Positions 36,264-48,958 are shown, numbered from the stretch's first letter. The stretch: 64,000 nt of DNA from Sphingomonas sp. (GCA_965248885.1 OZ252211.1:661179-725178); one strand, 5' to 3'. Notes: generated from the letters alone by a model not told the origin. Translations and numbers: made by a program.

Positions 36264-37931
36264 GTGGATGCGATGATCCGCTGTCTCACTTTCGCCGCCG
36301 TGCTGTTTGCTGCCGCCCCCGCATTCGCCGACGGGCTGATCGATAACGTCGAGGGCGTCACGCTCGATGCGCAAGGGGGCGTGGTCCGCTTCACCGGATT
36401 GACGGTGACCGCCGATGGCAAGATCGGGCGGCTGATCCGGCGCGGGGAAAAGCTTGCCGAGCGCCCGGACTGGCGGCTCGATGGCAAGGGACGCGTGCTC
36501 CTCCCCGGCATGATCGACGCGCACGGCCACGTCGTCCAAACCGGTGCCGCGGCGCTGACGCTCGACCTGTCGGACACGCGCAGCCTTGCCGACGCACAGG
36601 CCAGGATCGCCGCCTATGCCGTGCGCTATCCCGACCGTCGATGGATTCTGGGCGGTGGGTGGAACCAGGAGAAATGGGGTCTGGGCCGCTTTCCGACTGC
36701 GGCCGAGATCGACGCGGCGGTGGCTGATCGCCCCGTCTGGCTGAGCCGCGCCGACGGGCACGCCGGCTGGGCGAACAGCGCGGCGATCGCGGCGGCGGGC
36801 GTCGCGGCAGCGACTCGGTCGCCCGTCGGCGGCCGGATCGAGACGCTGGGGGGCAAGCCGGGCGGCGTGTTCGTCGATGCCGCCGAAGAGCTGATCCAGC
36901 GCGCCGTCCCTGCTATGTCAGCGAAGGACCGCGACTTCGCGCTTGCCAAAGCGCAGGAGATACTCGTCGCGTTCGGCATCACGGCGATTGCCGACATGGG
37001 GACGAGCGTCGAGGACTGGATGGCCTATCGTCGTGCGGGCGATGCGAATTCTCTCTCGGTACGAATCCTGTCGTACGCGCGCGGCGTCGAGCCGATCCAG
37101 GTCATCGCGGCGGGCGCGCCGACGCCGTGGCTCTATGGCGACCGGCTGCGCATGGCAGGCGTCAAGCTTTATGCCGACGGTGCGCTCGGCTCGCGCGGCG
37201 CGTGCCTCAAGCTGCCCTATGCCGACATGCCCGGCCAGTCGGGCGCGTGTTTCATGGACGATGCCAAGCTGCGCAACCAGATGAGCCGCGCGGCGATGGA
37301 TGGCTTCCAGCTCGCGGTCCATGCGATCGGCGACCGCGCCAACGCGCAGGTCCTCTCGGCGGTCGAGGACCTCGCGCAGACCTACAAGGGCGACCGTCGC
37401 TGGCGGATCGAGCATGCGCAGGTCGTCGACTTCGTCGACTTGCCGCGCTTTGGACGCAACGGGATCGTCGCCTCGATGCAGCCGGTGCACCAGACCAGCG
37501 ACCGGACGATGGCCGAGGCGCGGCTGGGCCCAGCGCGGCTCGCCGGAGCCTATGCCTGGGCGTCGATGCTCCGCGTCGGCGCGCACCTCGCGTTCGGCTC
37601 CGACACGCCGGTGGAAAGCGCGAACCCCTTTCCCGGCCTTGCCGCCGCGATCACGCGCGAGGGGGCCGACGGCCAGCCGTTCGGCGGATGGCAGCCGCAG
37701 GAACGTGTGTCGCGCGAGGCGGCGCTCGCGGGTTTCACGACGGGTGCGGCCTATGCCGCGTTCGCCGACGATCGCATCGGGCGTCTCGCACCCGGCTACC
37801 GCGCCGACTTCATCCTTGTCGACCGCGACCCGCTGCTCGCGAGCCCGGCGGAAATCCGCGCGACCCGGGTGTTCGAGACATGGGTCGGCGGCAAGCGCGT
37901 CTACCGCGCGAAATCAGGGTCTAACGACTAA
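36264..37931 (+). CDS. secreted amidohydrolase-family (YtcJ-like metal-dependent hydrolase) protein
   Basis: Signal peptide MDAMIRCLTFAAVLFAAAPAFA and metal-binding motifs (PGMIDAHGH ... HAIGD ... FGSD). Confidence 0.85.
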   Translation: MDAMIRCLTFAAVLFAAAPAFADGLIDNVEGVTLDAQGGVVRFTGLTVTADGKIGRLIRRGEKLAERPDWRLDGKGRVLLPGMIDAHGHVVQTGAAALTLDLSDTRSLADAQARIAAYAVRYPDRRWILGGGWNQEKWGLGRFPTAAEIDAAVADRPVWLSRADGHAGWANSAAIAAAGVAAATRSPVGGRIETLGGKPGGVFVDAAEELIQRAVPAMSAKDRDFALAKAQEILVAFGITAIADMGTSVEDWMAYRRAGDANSLSVRILSYARGVEPIQVIAAGAPTPWLYGDRLRMAGVKLYADGALGSRGACLKLPYADMPGQSGACFMDDAKLRNQMSRAAMDGFQLAVHAIGDRANAQVLSAVEDLAQTYKGDRRWRIEHAQVVDFVDLPRFGRNGIVASMQPVHQTSDRTMAEARLGPARLAGAYAWASMLRVGAHLAFGSDTPVESANPFPGLAAAITREGADGQPFGGWQPQERVSREAALAGFTTGAAYAAFADDRIGRLAPGYRADFILVDRDPLLASPAEIRATRVFETWVGGKRVYRAKSGSND

Positions 37932-37956
37932 CGGCTTTGTTGCGCACTCATCGGCT

Positions 37957-39924
37957 TTACTTTCCCAAAGCGGTCAGCATTCCCGGCGTCAGCACTTGGG
38001 GCAGCACCTGCGCCTCGCCGCCGGGCGGGTAGTATAGATAGAGCGGCACGCCCGAGCGGCTCTGCGCCGCGAGGAAGCGGCCGATCGCGGGGTCGCTGCG
38101 CGTCCAGTCGCCGACGAGGGTGGCGATGTTGGCGGCCCTGAATGCGGCGGCGACCGTCGGCTGGTCGATCGCGACACGCTCGTTGACCTTGCACGTCAGA
38201 CACCAGTCGGCGGTGAAATAGACGAACACCGGGCGGCGTTCGGCGCGCAGCGCGGCGAGGCGCGCTTCGCCGAACGGTGCGGCAGCGAGCGCCGAAGTCG
38301 TCGCCGCGGTCGCGGGCGGCGCGACGGGCAGCACGACGGCGGCGAGCGCGGTCGCGGCGACAGCGCCGAGCGCGGCGAACGCGAGGCCGCTCCGCCCGGC
38401 GTGCTGACGCAAGCCCGCCCACCAGAGTGCAAGCGCCGCCGCGAGCGTGCCGAGCAGCCCCACCGCGACCGCGTCGCTCCCTGCCTGCCGCCCGAGCAGC
38501 CACGCGAGCCCGATCGCGGTTGCAAACATCGGAATGCTGAGGATGCGGCGCAGCGTCGCCATCCAGACCCCCGGCTTCGGCAGGCGTCGCCGCAGCGTGG
38601 GAACGAACCCGAGCAGCAGGAACGGAAGCGCGAGCCCGAGGCCGAGTCCGGCGAACACCGCGAGCGCGGCAAGCGTCGGCAGCACCAGCGCCGCGCCCAG
38701 TGCCGCGCCCATGAACGGCCCGGTACACGGCGTCGCGACGAACGCGGCGAGTGCACCGGTCGCGACGCTGCTGCGGCTCGACACATTGCCCGCGACGACG
38801 GGGAGCTCGAACAATCCGGCGAGGTTGAGCGCGAGCGCAGTCATCAGCACGAGCAGCACGACGATGACGCGCGGATCCTGCAACTGGAACGCCCAGCCGA
38901 CACTGCTGCCGCCCGCGCGCAGTGCAAGCACCGCGCCGCCGAGCGCGACGCACACCAGCATAGCGCCGAGCGTGTAGCCGAGCGCGTCGCGCCGCGCGCT
39001 GGATTCGCTGCCGCCTGCCTTGGCGAGGCTCATCGCCTTCAGGCTCAGGATCGGAAAGACGCACGGCATGACGTTGAGGATGAGCCCGCCGAGCACCGCG
39101 CCGCCGAGCGCGAGCAGGATGGTCGACAGCCCGCTGCTCGCCAACGCCGACGGGACCGCGCCCGGCCTCGCGCCAATCGTCAACCCGCGTCCCTCGCCGA
39201 GCGCGAGCACCCCGGCCACCGGCGACGTGCCGCCTTTGGCGGCTTCGAGATCGGCGATCAGCAGGTCGCCCTGACGCACGAAGCGTTGCGCCGCGATGTC
39301 GGCGACGATGCCGCTGGTCGCCGGGAAGAAATGCGGATCGCCGAGCGCTGCACTGGCAGGAAAAGGGATGGCGAGGCGCAGCCGCCCGCCGTCGCGCGCA
39401 AAGCTGGCCTGCGACCCTAGCGGCGTCGGCAGGCGTGTCCGCCATCCGTCGAACCGTGTCTGCGTCGCGGGATCGGTCGTCGCCCCGCCGGGCGCGACCC
39501 CGGTCGTCAGCATCGCGCGTTGCGGCACGCAGATCTTGTCGGTGCACGCGAGATAGTCGATCTTGACCGCGACCGTTCCGCCGCGCGCGCCAAGCTTGAG
39601 CGGGACAAGCAGCGCATGTTCGCCCTCGTACACATAATTCATCAGCCCGCCGATCACGAGCGTCTGCGGCACCGGAAACGCCGGCGCGCCGACGCTGGCC
39701 CCGGCGGGCAATTTCCAGTCGAAGCGCGGCTCGAACCCGGCCTCGCCCGGGTTTTTCCAATAGCCGTGCCAGCCGGGTTCGGGGCGAAAGACGATGGCGA
39801 GCGTTGCGCCGTCGCTGAGCAATTCGGTCGCAACATGCTCGTCGCGAGGCGCGGGTTGAGCAATCGCCGATGCTGACGCCAGCGAGAAAAGCAGCGTCAC
39901 CAATATGCCATAGAGTCGCGTCAT
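37957..39924 (-). CDS. dsbD: thiol:disulfide interchange protein DsbD (membrane disulfide reductase)
   Basis: Start MTRLYGILVTLLFSLASASA. N-terminal periplasmic domain, central multi-TM domain with a Cys pair (…NVMPCVFPIL… ATPCTGPF…) and C-terminal thioredoxin (WCLTCK). Confidence 0.85.
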   Translation of the reverse strand: MTRLYGILVTLLFSLASASAIAQPAPRDEHVATELLSDGATLAIVFRPEPGWHGYWKNPGEAGFEPRFDWKLPAGASVGAPAFPVPQTLVIGGLMNYVYEGEHALLVPLKLGARGGTVAVKIDYLACTDKICVPQRAMLTTGVAPGGATTDPATQTRFDGWRTRLPTPLGSQASFARDGGRLRLAIPFPASAALGDPHFFPATSGIVADIAAQRFVRQGDLLIADLEAAKGGTSPVAGVLALGEGRGLTIGARPGAVPSALASSGLSTILLALGGAVLGGLILNVMPCVFPILSLKAMSLAKAGGSESSARRDALGYTLGAMLVCVALGGAVLALRAGGSSVGWAFQLQDPRVIVVLLVLMTALALNLAGLFELPVVAGNVSSRSSVATGALAAFVATPCTGPFMGAALGAALVLPTLAALAVFAGLGLGLALPFLLLGFVPTLRRRLPKPGVWMATLRRILSIPMFATAIGLAWLLGRQAGSDAVAVGLLGTLAAALALWWAGLRQHAGRSGLAFAALGAVAATALAAVVLPVAPPATAATTSALAAAPFGEARLAALRAERRPVFVYFTADWCLTCKVNERVAIDQPTVAAAFRAANIATLVGDWTRSDPAIGRFLAAQSRSGVPLYLYYPPGGEAQVLPQVLTPGMLTALGK

Positions 39925-39998
39925 TGCGTCTTCTGTCTCCCGCGTGCACTCTCCATACGGTCGTGGCGCGCGTTCCGATACGCCCGAAAGGCACGAAG

Positions 39999-41651
39999 AT
40001 GCTCCGTCACCTGCTCGCCGCCGCATTGGCGCTCGCACCCGTCACGCTGACCGCCCAGAGCGCGCAAACGCAGACGCCGCCGCCACCCAAATTGCTCGTG
40101 GTGATTTCGGTCGACCAATTCTCCGCCGATCTGTTCGCCGAGTACCGCCCGTACTGGACCGGCGGCATGCGGCGGCTCGGCGAGGGTGCAGTGTTCCCGA
40201 GCGGGTATCAGAGCCACGCCGCGACCGAGACCTGCCCCGGCCATTCGACCATCCTGACCGGCGACCACCCCGCGCGCACCGGCATCATCGCGAACAACTG
40301 GATCGACCAGAATGCGACGCGCGCCGCCAAGGACATCTACTGCGCCGAGGACGAGACGCTCGCCGCCTCGTCGAAATCGGGCGTCTATGTGCCGTCGGTC
40401 GCGCATTTGCGCGTGCCCACGCTCGGCGACCGGATGAAAGCCGCCAACCCTGCCTCGCGCGTCGTGGCGGTGGCGGGCAAGGACCGCGCGGCGATTATGA
40501 TGGGGGGGCATGCGACCGACGCGATCTGGTTCCTGAACCCGGTCGATTATGCCAGCTTCATCTCGCTCCCCGGCCGGACGCCGAGCGCGGCGGTGACGCG
40601 CGCCAATGCTACGATCGCGACGGCGGTCGCACGCGCGAAGCCTGACATGCCACTGTCGCCGCTGTGCGCGACGCACAGTCGGGCCGTCGCCATTTCATCG
40701 ACCAAATCGGTCGGCACCGGGCGCTTCGGGCGCGCGGCGGGCGACAAGCGCGCTTTTCGCGTGTCGCCCGAATCGGATGTGGCGGTGCTCGATCTCGCAG
40801 GCGCGCTGATCGACGAGATGCGCCTCGGGCGCGGCCCCGCGACCGACCTGATCGCGATCGGCGCCTCGGCGACCGATCCCGTCGGCCACGCCTATGGCAC
40901 CGAGGGGAGCGAGATGTGCCTGCAGCTGGCCGCGCTCGACGCGGCGCTGGGCAAGTTCTTCGACAGGCTCGACCGCGCGCGGATCGATTATGCGGTGGTG
41001 CTGACCGCCGACCATGGCGGGCACGACGCGCCCGAACGCAACGTGCAGGACGCGCTGCCCGACGCACAGCGGGTCGATGCAGCGCTGTCGCCGCAGGTCA
41101 TCGGCGCGAAGGTGGCGCAGGAACTGGGGCTGAGCGGGTCGGTGCTGGTGGGGGCGGAGGCGGCGGGCGATGTCTGGCTCGCCAAATCGCTTGCCGCCGA
41201 CAAGCGCGCGTCGGCGCTCGCGCGCGCCAGGGCCCTCTACCTCGCGCACCGGCAGGTCGCCGCAGTCTTCACCGGCGACGAGCTTGCCGCGACGCCCGCG
41301 CCGACGCTCCCCGCCGACATGTGGTCGCTCGCCGAGCGTGCGCGCGCGTCGTACACGGCCGGCCGGTCGGGCGACCTGATCGTGATGCTCAAGCCACGTG
41401 TGACCCCGATCACCGCCGAGGACGCGGGCAAGGGCTATATCGCGACGCACGGCAGCCCGTGGAACTACGACCGCCGCGTGCCGATCCTGTTCTGGCGCAA
41501 GGGGATGGCGGGGTTCGAACAGCCCAACAGCGTCGAAACCGTCGACATCGCGCCGACGCTGGCGGCGATGATCGGACTGCCGGTGCCGACGGGCGAGATG
41601 GACGGGCGGTGTCTCGACCTGGTCGTGGGCGAGGGGACTAACTGCCGATAA
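39999..41651 (+). CDS. secreted alkaline-phosphatase/nucleotide-pyrophosphatase superfamily protein
   Basis: Start MLRHLLAAALALAPVTLTA (signal peptide). Metal-site motifs VVISVDQFSAD ... CPGHSTILTGDHP ... LTADHGGHD. Confidence 0.75.
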   Translation: MLRHLLAAALALAPVTLTAQSAQTQTPPPPKLLVVISVDQFSADLFAEYRPYWTGGMRRLGEGAVFPSGYQSHAATETCPGHSTILTGDHPARTGIIANNWIDQNATRAAKDIYCAEDETLAASSKSGVYVPSVAHLRVPTLGDRMKAANPASRVVAVAGKDRAAIMMGGHATDAIWFLNPVDYASFISLPGRTPSAAVTRANATIATAVARAKPDMPLSPLCATHSRAVAISSTKSVGTGRFGRAAGDKRAFRVSPESDVAVLDLAGALIDEMRLGRGPATDLIAIGASATDPVGHAYGTEGSEMCLQLAALDAALGKFFDRLDRARIDYAVVLTADHGGHDAPERNVQDALPDAQRVDAALSPQVIGAKVAQELGLSGSVLVGAEAAGDVWLAKSLAADKRASALARARALYLAHRQVAAVFTGDELAATPAPTLPADMWSLAERARASYTAGRSGDLIVMLKPRVTPITAEDAGKGYIATHGSPWNYDRRVPILFWRKGMAGFEQPNSVETVDIAPTLAAMIGLPVPTGEMDGRCLDLVVGEGTNCR

Positions 41652-41768
41652 TCCCTCCTCGAGCAACCGAGGGGCTGTACCGAGCGGAGCGAGGCTCCCG
41701 ATGCGAGCGCGCTACTCTCCCTGATGCTCGAACCAGCCCCTCGCTTCGCTCGGGGAAGGTTTGCGGGT

Positions 41769-42689
41769 CTACCGGCTGTCGCTGACCTTCACCCGCGGGC
41801 CCAGTTTGTTCGCGCCGATGCGCAGCGGCTCGTGGCTCCAGTCGGCGACGAAAGTCGTCCCCCAGTCGATCCCCGGTGCGATCGAGGCGTCGTTGCCCTC
41901 GATGCTCAGCCCGGCCGAGCGGTTCTCGCGGCGTTCGGCGGCGACCGTGATGATCGCCGAATGGTTTTCCTTGTCGCGCCCGATGACGAACATGTTGCGC
42001 GCGATGACCCCGGTCGCGCCGTTGGGCAGGTCGATCGAATAATTGGTCGTATGCCCGTTCGAATCGTCGAAGCTCGAATCGCTGACCTCGATCAGCGGTG
42101 CACGACTCTTCAGATAATGCCCGCCGGTGCCACGTTCGAAGCGCACGCGCCGCACGGTCAGCTTGCCGTAGCCGCCGACGTAGATCGAATGCGAGCAATT
42201 GCCATCGGGGCAACCACCGAGCCCCGAAAAGGTCGAACGCTCGACCAGAATCGCGCTCGCCGGGTCGTTCGCGGTCAGGATGCCCTGTTCGGAATTGCGA
42301 AAGGTCGAGCGTATGACGGTCAGATTCCCGCGTTCGAGGCGGATGCCCGACCCGTTGCGGTCGGGGACGCGGACGTTCTGGAACACCAGCCCGTCGATCG
42401 TCGCGCTGTCGGTGCGCAGGACCAATGTGCCCTTGCCCTCGCACGCGCCGCCGTCGAAGATCGCGGTGGAAGGAGTCGCTGCACGGATCGTCACCGTCCC
42501 CGACGGGATCGACGCGCATTCGGGATAGCTGCCGGGCGCCACGACGATCGTGCCGTCGCCGCCATTCAGCGCCTTGACCGCATCGTCGAGCCGGTAATAA
42601 CTGCCGCCGCCCTCGATAGTGAACGGGCCACCGGTCTGCGCCGACGCAACGGTGGCGAGAAGGGCGGAGGCAATCAGCAAATAACGCAT
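41769..42689 (-). CDS. secreted right-handed parallel beta-helix repeat protein
   Basis: Start MRYLLIASALLATVASAQ (signal peptide). Repeated beta-helix rungs (…GNLTVIRSTFRNSEQGIL… VERSTFSGLGG…). Confidence 0.7.
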   Translation of the reverse strand: MRYLLIASALLATVASAQTGGPFTIEGGGSYYRLDDAVKALNGGDGTIVVAPGSYPECASIPSGTVTIRAATPSTAIFDGGACEGKGTLVLRTDSATIDGLVFQNVRVPDRNGSGIRLERGNLTVIRSTFRNSEQGILTANDPASAILVERSTFSGLGGCPDGNCSHSIYVGGYGKLTVRRVRFERGTGGHYLKSRAPLIEVSDSSFDDSNGHTTNYSIDLPNGATGVIARNMFVIGRDKENHSAIITVAAERRENRSAGLSIEGNDASIAPGIDWGTTFVADWSHEPLRIGANKLGPRVKVSDSR

Positions 42690-42745
42690 TCGAAACACTC
42701 CGTCGCCCCGGCCTCCGACGGCCGACGAATAGCGGTTGCTCACCC

Positions 42746-45328
<2,583 letters not shown>

Positions 45329-45472
45329 GGGTTCTTTCTGCCTCCCTCTCCCTAAAGGGGAGAGGGACAGCTTGGCCAAGCCAAGCAGGGTGAGGGCGCG
45401 TCGTGGCGGGAGAGCTCCCTCACCCTGACGCTTCGCGTCTGTCCCTCTCCCCTTCAGGGAGAGGGGAAATGA
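45329..45472 (-). repeat. hairpin-rich spacer between the two metH genes: three GC-rich stem-loops plus a GCTTGGCCAAGC palindrome
   Basis: mRNA sense CCCCUCUCCCUGAAGGGGAGAGGG ... CAGGGUGAGGG-(loop)-CCCUCACCCUG ... GUCCCUCUCCCCUUUAGGGAGAGGGAGG. The last hairpin includes the GGAGG RBS of the downstream metH gene. Confidence 0.5.
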
Positions 45473-46519
45473 TCACGCCGCCATCATCATCGGCTCCAGC
45501 CCCGCCAGCCGCGTGACGACCGGCGGCACGACCGGCAGGCGCGGGCTCAGCCCCGCGACCGCGCGCGCCATCGCCGCGATATGCGCGGGCGTCGACCCGC
45601 AGCACCCGCCGAGGATGTTGACCTGTCCGGCGTCGGCCCATTCGCGCACCAGCGCGGCGGTCTGTTCGGGCAGCTCGTCATATTCGCCCAGGTCGTTGGG
45701 CAGCCCGGCGTTGGGATAGACCATGATCAGCGTGTCGGCGATGCCGCTCAACACCTTGACGTGAGGGCGAAGCTGTTCGGCCCCGAACGAGCAATTAAGC
45801 CCGATGGTGATCGGCTTCGCATGGCGCACCGCGTGCCAGAATGCCTCGACCGTATGCCCCGAAAGGTTCCGCCCCGACAGGTCGGTCAGCGTCATCGAAA
45901 TCATGACGGGTACTTCGATTTCGCGATCGTCGCCGGCCTCGATCACCGCCATGATCCCCGCCTTGGCGTTGAGCGTGTCGAACACGGTTTCGATCAGAAT
46001 GAAATCCACGCCGCCTTCGAGCAGCGCGTCGACCTGTTCGCGGTATACATCCTTCAGCGTGTCGAAATCGATCTCGCGGTAACCGGGATCGTTGACGTCA
46101 GGGCTGAGCGACAGGGTCTTGTTGGTCGGACCGATCGCGCCGGCGACAAAGCGTGGGCGACCATCTTTCGCCTCGGCCGCATCGGCGAGTTCGCGCGCGA
46201 TCTGCGCCGACGCCAGGTTGATCTCGCGCACCAGATGTTCGGCGGCGTAATCGGCCTGACTGATCCGGTTCGCGCTGAACGTGTTGGTCGACACGATGTC
46301 CGACCCTGCATCGAGATAGGCCTGCGTGATGCTGCGCGGCACTTCGGGCTTGGTCAGCGCGAGGATGTCGTTGTTGCCCTTGGCGTCGCGCGGCAGCGCG
46401 AGCGCGCCGGCATAATCGGCCTCGGTCAGCTTCCAATTCTGGATCTCGGTCCCGAATGCGCCATCGGTCAGCAGGATGCGTTCGCCGGCGGCGGCGCTGA
46501 GCCGGTCGCGCGCGCTCAT
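45473..46519 (-). CDS. metH: methionine synthase homocysteine S-methyltransferase domain protein (split metH, N-terminal module)
   Basis: 348 aa: [27 protein letters not shown] ... Zn-binding Cys (GLNCSFG; [11 protein letters not shown]). Start overlaps the metF stop. Confidence 0.9.
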   Translation of the reverse strand: MSARDRLSAAAGERILLTDGAFGTEIQNWKLTEADYAGALALPRDAKGNNDILALTKPEVPRSITQAYLDAGSDIVSTNTFSANRISQADYAAEHLVREINLASAQIARELADAAEAKDGRPRFVAGAIGPTNKTLSLSPDVNDPGYREIDFDTLKDVYREQVDALLEGGVDFILIETVFDTLNAKAGIMAVIEAGDDREIEVPVMISMTLTDLSGRNLSGHTVEAFWHAVRHAKPITIGLNCSFGAEQLRPHVKVLSGIADTLIMVYPNAGLPNDLGEYDELPEQTAALVREWADAGQVNILGGCCGSTPAHIAAMARAVAGLSPRLPVVPPVVTRLAGLEPMMMAA

Positions 46520-47493
46520 GCCGCCACCTTCATCGATTCGGGCATCGCTTCTGGCATCGCTTCGGCCACCGCGCCGGATTGCGACCGGATCCCCAGCAGA
46601 TGGCAGATGGCATAGCTCAGCTCGGCGCGGTTGAGCGTGTAGAAGTGGAAATGCCGCACCCCGCCGGCATAGAGCCGCCGGGCGAGTTCGGCGCTGATCG
46701 TCGCCGCTACCAGCTGGCGTGCGGCGGGAAGCTCGTCGAGCCCGTCGAACAGGCGGTCCATCCACGCGGGGATCGCCGCACCGCACATCGCCGCGAACTT
46801 GCGCGTCTGCGCGACGTTGGACACCGGCAGGATGCCCGGCACGATTTCCTGCGTGATGCCCGCTGCCGCCGCGGCATCGCGAAAGCGGAAAAACGTTTCG
46901 GGCGCGAAGAAGAACTGGCTGATCGCCCGGTCCGCGCCCGCGTCGAGCTTGCGCTTGAGATGGTCGACGCAGGTCTGCGCGCTCACAGCAGTCGGGTGCG
47001 CCTCCGGATAGGCGGCGACCGAGATTTCGAATGGCGCGATCTTCTTCAACCCTTCGACCAGCTCGGCCGCGCCTGCATAGCCACCGGGATGCGGCGCGAA
47101 GGCAGCGCCCGGCTCGGGCATGTCGCCGCGCAGCGCGACGATGTGACGCACACCCGACGACCAATAGTCGCGCGCAACCTGTGCGATCTCGTCCTTGCTC
47201 GCGCCGACACAGGTCAGATGCGCGGCGGCGGGAACGCTCGTTTCGGCCGCGATCCGCGCGACGGTCGCATGCGTGCGCTCACGCGTCGATCCGCCCGCGC
47301 CATAGGTAACCGACACGAAACGAGGGGCCAGCGGTTCGAGCATCCGAACCGCCTCCCACAGAGCTTCGTTCATCTTGTCCGATTTGGGCGGAAAAAATTC
47401 GAACGACACTTCGGCGTCGCCGTTGAGGTCGGCATAGAGCGGCGCGGCGAGCGCGCGGCGGGCATCTTCGAGTTGGGTGAGTGTCGGGTTCAT
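46516..47493 (-). CDS. metF: 5,10-methylenetetrahydrofolate reductase
   Basis: 325 aa: ...VSFEFFPPKS... FVSVTYGAGGSTRERT... typical MetF. Confidence 0.9.
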   Translation of the reverse strand: MNPTLTQLEDARRALAAPLYADLNGDAEVSFEFFPPKSDKMNEALWEAVRMLEPLAPRFVSVTYGAGGSTRERTHATVARIAAETSVPAAAHLTCVGASKDEIAQVARDYWSSGVRHIVALRGDMPEPGAAFAPHPGGYAGAAELVEGLKKIAPFEISVAAYPEAHPTAVSAQTCVDHLKRKLDAGADRAISQFFFAPETFFRFRDAAAAAGITQEIVPGILPVSNVAQTRKFAAMCGAAIPAWMDRLFDGLDELPAARQLVAATISAELARRLYAGGVRHFHFYTLNRAELSYAICHLLGIRSQSGAVAEAMPEAMPESMKVAA

Positions 47494-48428
47494 GCGGCAC
47501 GTGCCTTTGCTTGGGGGGCGCGAATGCCCAGCCAGAGTTTGACGGTCAGCTCGCCACCGGCGAGGTCTTCGGTTCGGGCGAGCGTGAGGCCGCCCGCCGC
47601 AAGCCAGCCCGCAATCTGAGCGTCGGAAAAGCCGAGGCGGGCATGCGCGTCCTGCGTGCGCAATTCCTCACGGTCGTGGCTCGCAAAATCGACGATCAAC
47701 AGCTTTCCGCCCGGTGCGACGATCCGCGCCGCTTCGCGCAGCGCAGCCTCTGGCGCGGGCAGGTAATGAAGCACCTGATGGATGACGACAGTGTCTGCGC
47801 TCGCATCGTCGACGGGCAGCGCGGCGACATCACCCTGCTTGAGCTCGACTGTCCCGCCCGCTTCGGCAAGCTTGGCGCGCGCGAGGCGGAGCATTTCAGG
47901 GCTGCGGTCGATCCCCGTCACGCGTTCGGCGGCGGGGCCGAACAGTTCGACGATCCGCCCGGTGCCGGTGCCGATGTCGACCAGCCGCCCGGGGGCATCG
48001 CCGATGAGTGCGCACATGCGCGCCTCGACAGAAGCATCGGCGACGTGAAGCGAGCGCAGCGCGTCCCACTGGTCGGCATGAAGCGCGAAATAACGCTCGG
48101 CCGCCGCCGCGCGGTCGGCGCGCACTGCTGCGAGCCGCGCGCTGTCGGCGACCGCCCAATGATCGTCGCCGCCCACATCGATCAGCGCATAGAGCGGGAC
48201 CGCGACCGGCGAAGGCGCGGGGGTCAGGAACACCCAGCTGCCTTCGCGCCGACGCGCGGCAAGCCCGGCATCGACAAGGATGCGGACATGGCGCGACACG
48301 CGCGGCTGGCTTTGTCCCAGAACCTGCGCCAGTTCGCCGACCGACAATTCCATCCGCCGCAACAGCGCAAGGATGCGTAACCGGGTGGGGTCGGCAAGGG
48401 CACGGAAAAGATCGACCCGATCGAGCAT
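47490..48428 (-). CDS. ArsR-family HTH fused to a SAM-dependent methyltransferase-like domain (SahR-type regulator of the methionine cycle)
   Basis: HTH: LFRALADPTRLRILALLRRMELSVGELAQVLGQSQPRVSRHVRIL. MTase fold: LVDIGTGTGRIVELF...IDRSPEML. Start taken at ATG MLDRVDLF; the ORF-track TTG at 48464 would extend 12 aa over the palindrome. Upstream of and co-oriented with metF and metH. Confidence 0.75.
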   Translation of the reverse strand: MLDRVDLFRALADPTRLRILALLRRMELSVGELAQVLGQSQPRVSRHVRILVDAGLAARRREGSWVFLTPAPSPVAVPLYALIDVGGDDHWAVADSARLAAVRADRAAAAERYFALHADQWDALRSLHVADASVEARMCALIGDAPGRLVDIGTGTGRIVELFGPAAERVTGIDRSPEMLRLARAKLAEAGGTVELKQGDVAALPVDDASADTVVIHQVLHYLPAPEAALREAARIVAPGGKLLIVDFASHDREELRTQDAHARLGFSDAQIAGWLAAGGLTLARTEDLAGGELTVKLWLGIRAPQAKARAA

Positions 48429-48433
48429 GAGTT

Positions 48434-48460
48434 CGCATATAAAGGATTCTTTATATGCGG
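48434..48460 (-). promoter_or_regulatory. perfect AT-rich inverted repeat CGCATATAAAG-gatt-CTTTATATGCG, candidate operator for the ArsR/SahR-like regulator
   Basis: 11-bp perfect arms seen directly, immediately upstream of the regulator start. AT-rich in a ~67% GC context. Coordinates +/-1. Confidence 0.5.
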
Positions 48461-48572
48461 TCAAATCAATTAGCGATCGCTTGCCAAGCTTTCAGTCCGC
48501 ACGTAATCGGCCAGCACCGGAGCGATCCACGCAACGGGGGCCTCGCGCCCGTACCACGACGGGGGATGTTCC

Positions 48573-48881
48573 ATGAAGAAAATCGTCACGATCGCGATTG
48601 CCGCCGCCGCGCTGTCGGTCTCGGCCTGCAGTCAGAAAACCGAAGACGCGACCGCCAATGCGGCGAGTGCGGCGGCGACCGATGCCAACGCCACCGCCGC
48701 CGCCGCAATCAATTCGGTCGATGCCGCGACCGACAACGCGATGGGGGCCGCTGGCAATGCGATGGACCATGCCGGCAACGCCACGATGAGCGCGGCCGAG
48801 CGCATGAGGGCCGGTGCCAGCAACGCCATGTCGGCGACGGGCAACGCGATTTCGGCGACCGGCAACAGCATGGCACGCTGA
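48573..48881 (+). CDS. small Ala/Asn-rich lipoprotein (hypothetical)
   Basis: MKKIVTIAIAAAALSVSACS lipobox, GGGGGATG RBS, 102 aa of low-complexity (A/N/T/M-rich) sequence. Confidence 0.5.
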   Translation: MKKIVTIAIAAAALSVSACSQKTEDATANAASAAATDANATAAAAINSVDAATDNAMGAAGNAMDHAGNATMSAAERMRAGASNAMSATGNAISATGNSMAR

Positions 48882-48906
48882 ACTTCGATCAGCTTTGCAA
48901 AAGGGG

Positions 48907-48940
48907 CCGCGCGACCAAGGGGTTGCGTGGCTCTTTTTTT
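48907..48940 (+). terminator. putative intrinsic terminator (imperfect GC stem + T7 run)
   Basis: gccgcgcgaccaaggggttgcgtggctcTTTTTTT downstream of the lipoprotein gene. Confidence 0.35.
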
Positions 48941-48958
48941 ATGTGCGAGGATCGCGTC

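Noticed and set aside
45329-45472. Cobalamin riboswitch in front of the B12-dependent metH gene
   Set aside because: Far too short (144 nt), and it lacks the conserved B12-box (GCCACUG) and the multi-helix architecture. Treated instead as REP-like hairpins.
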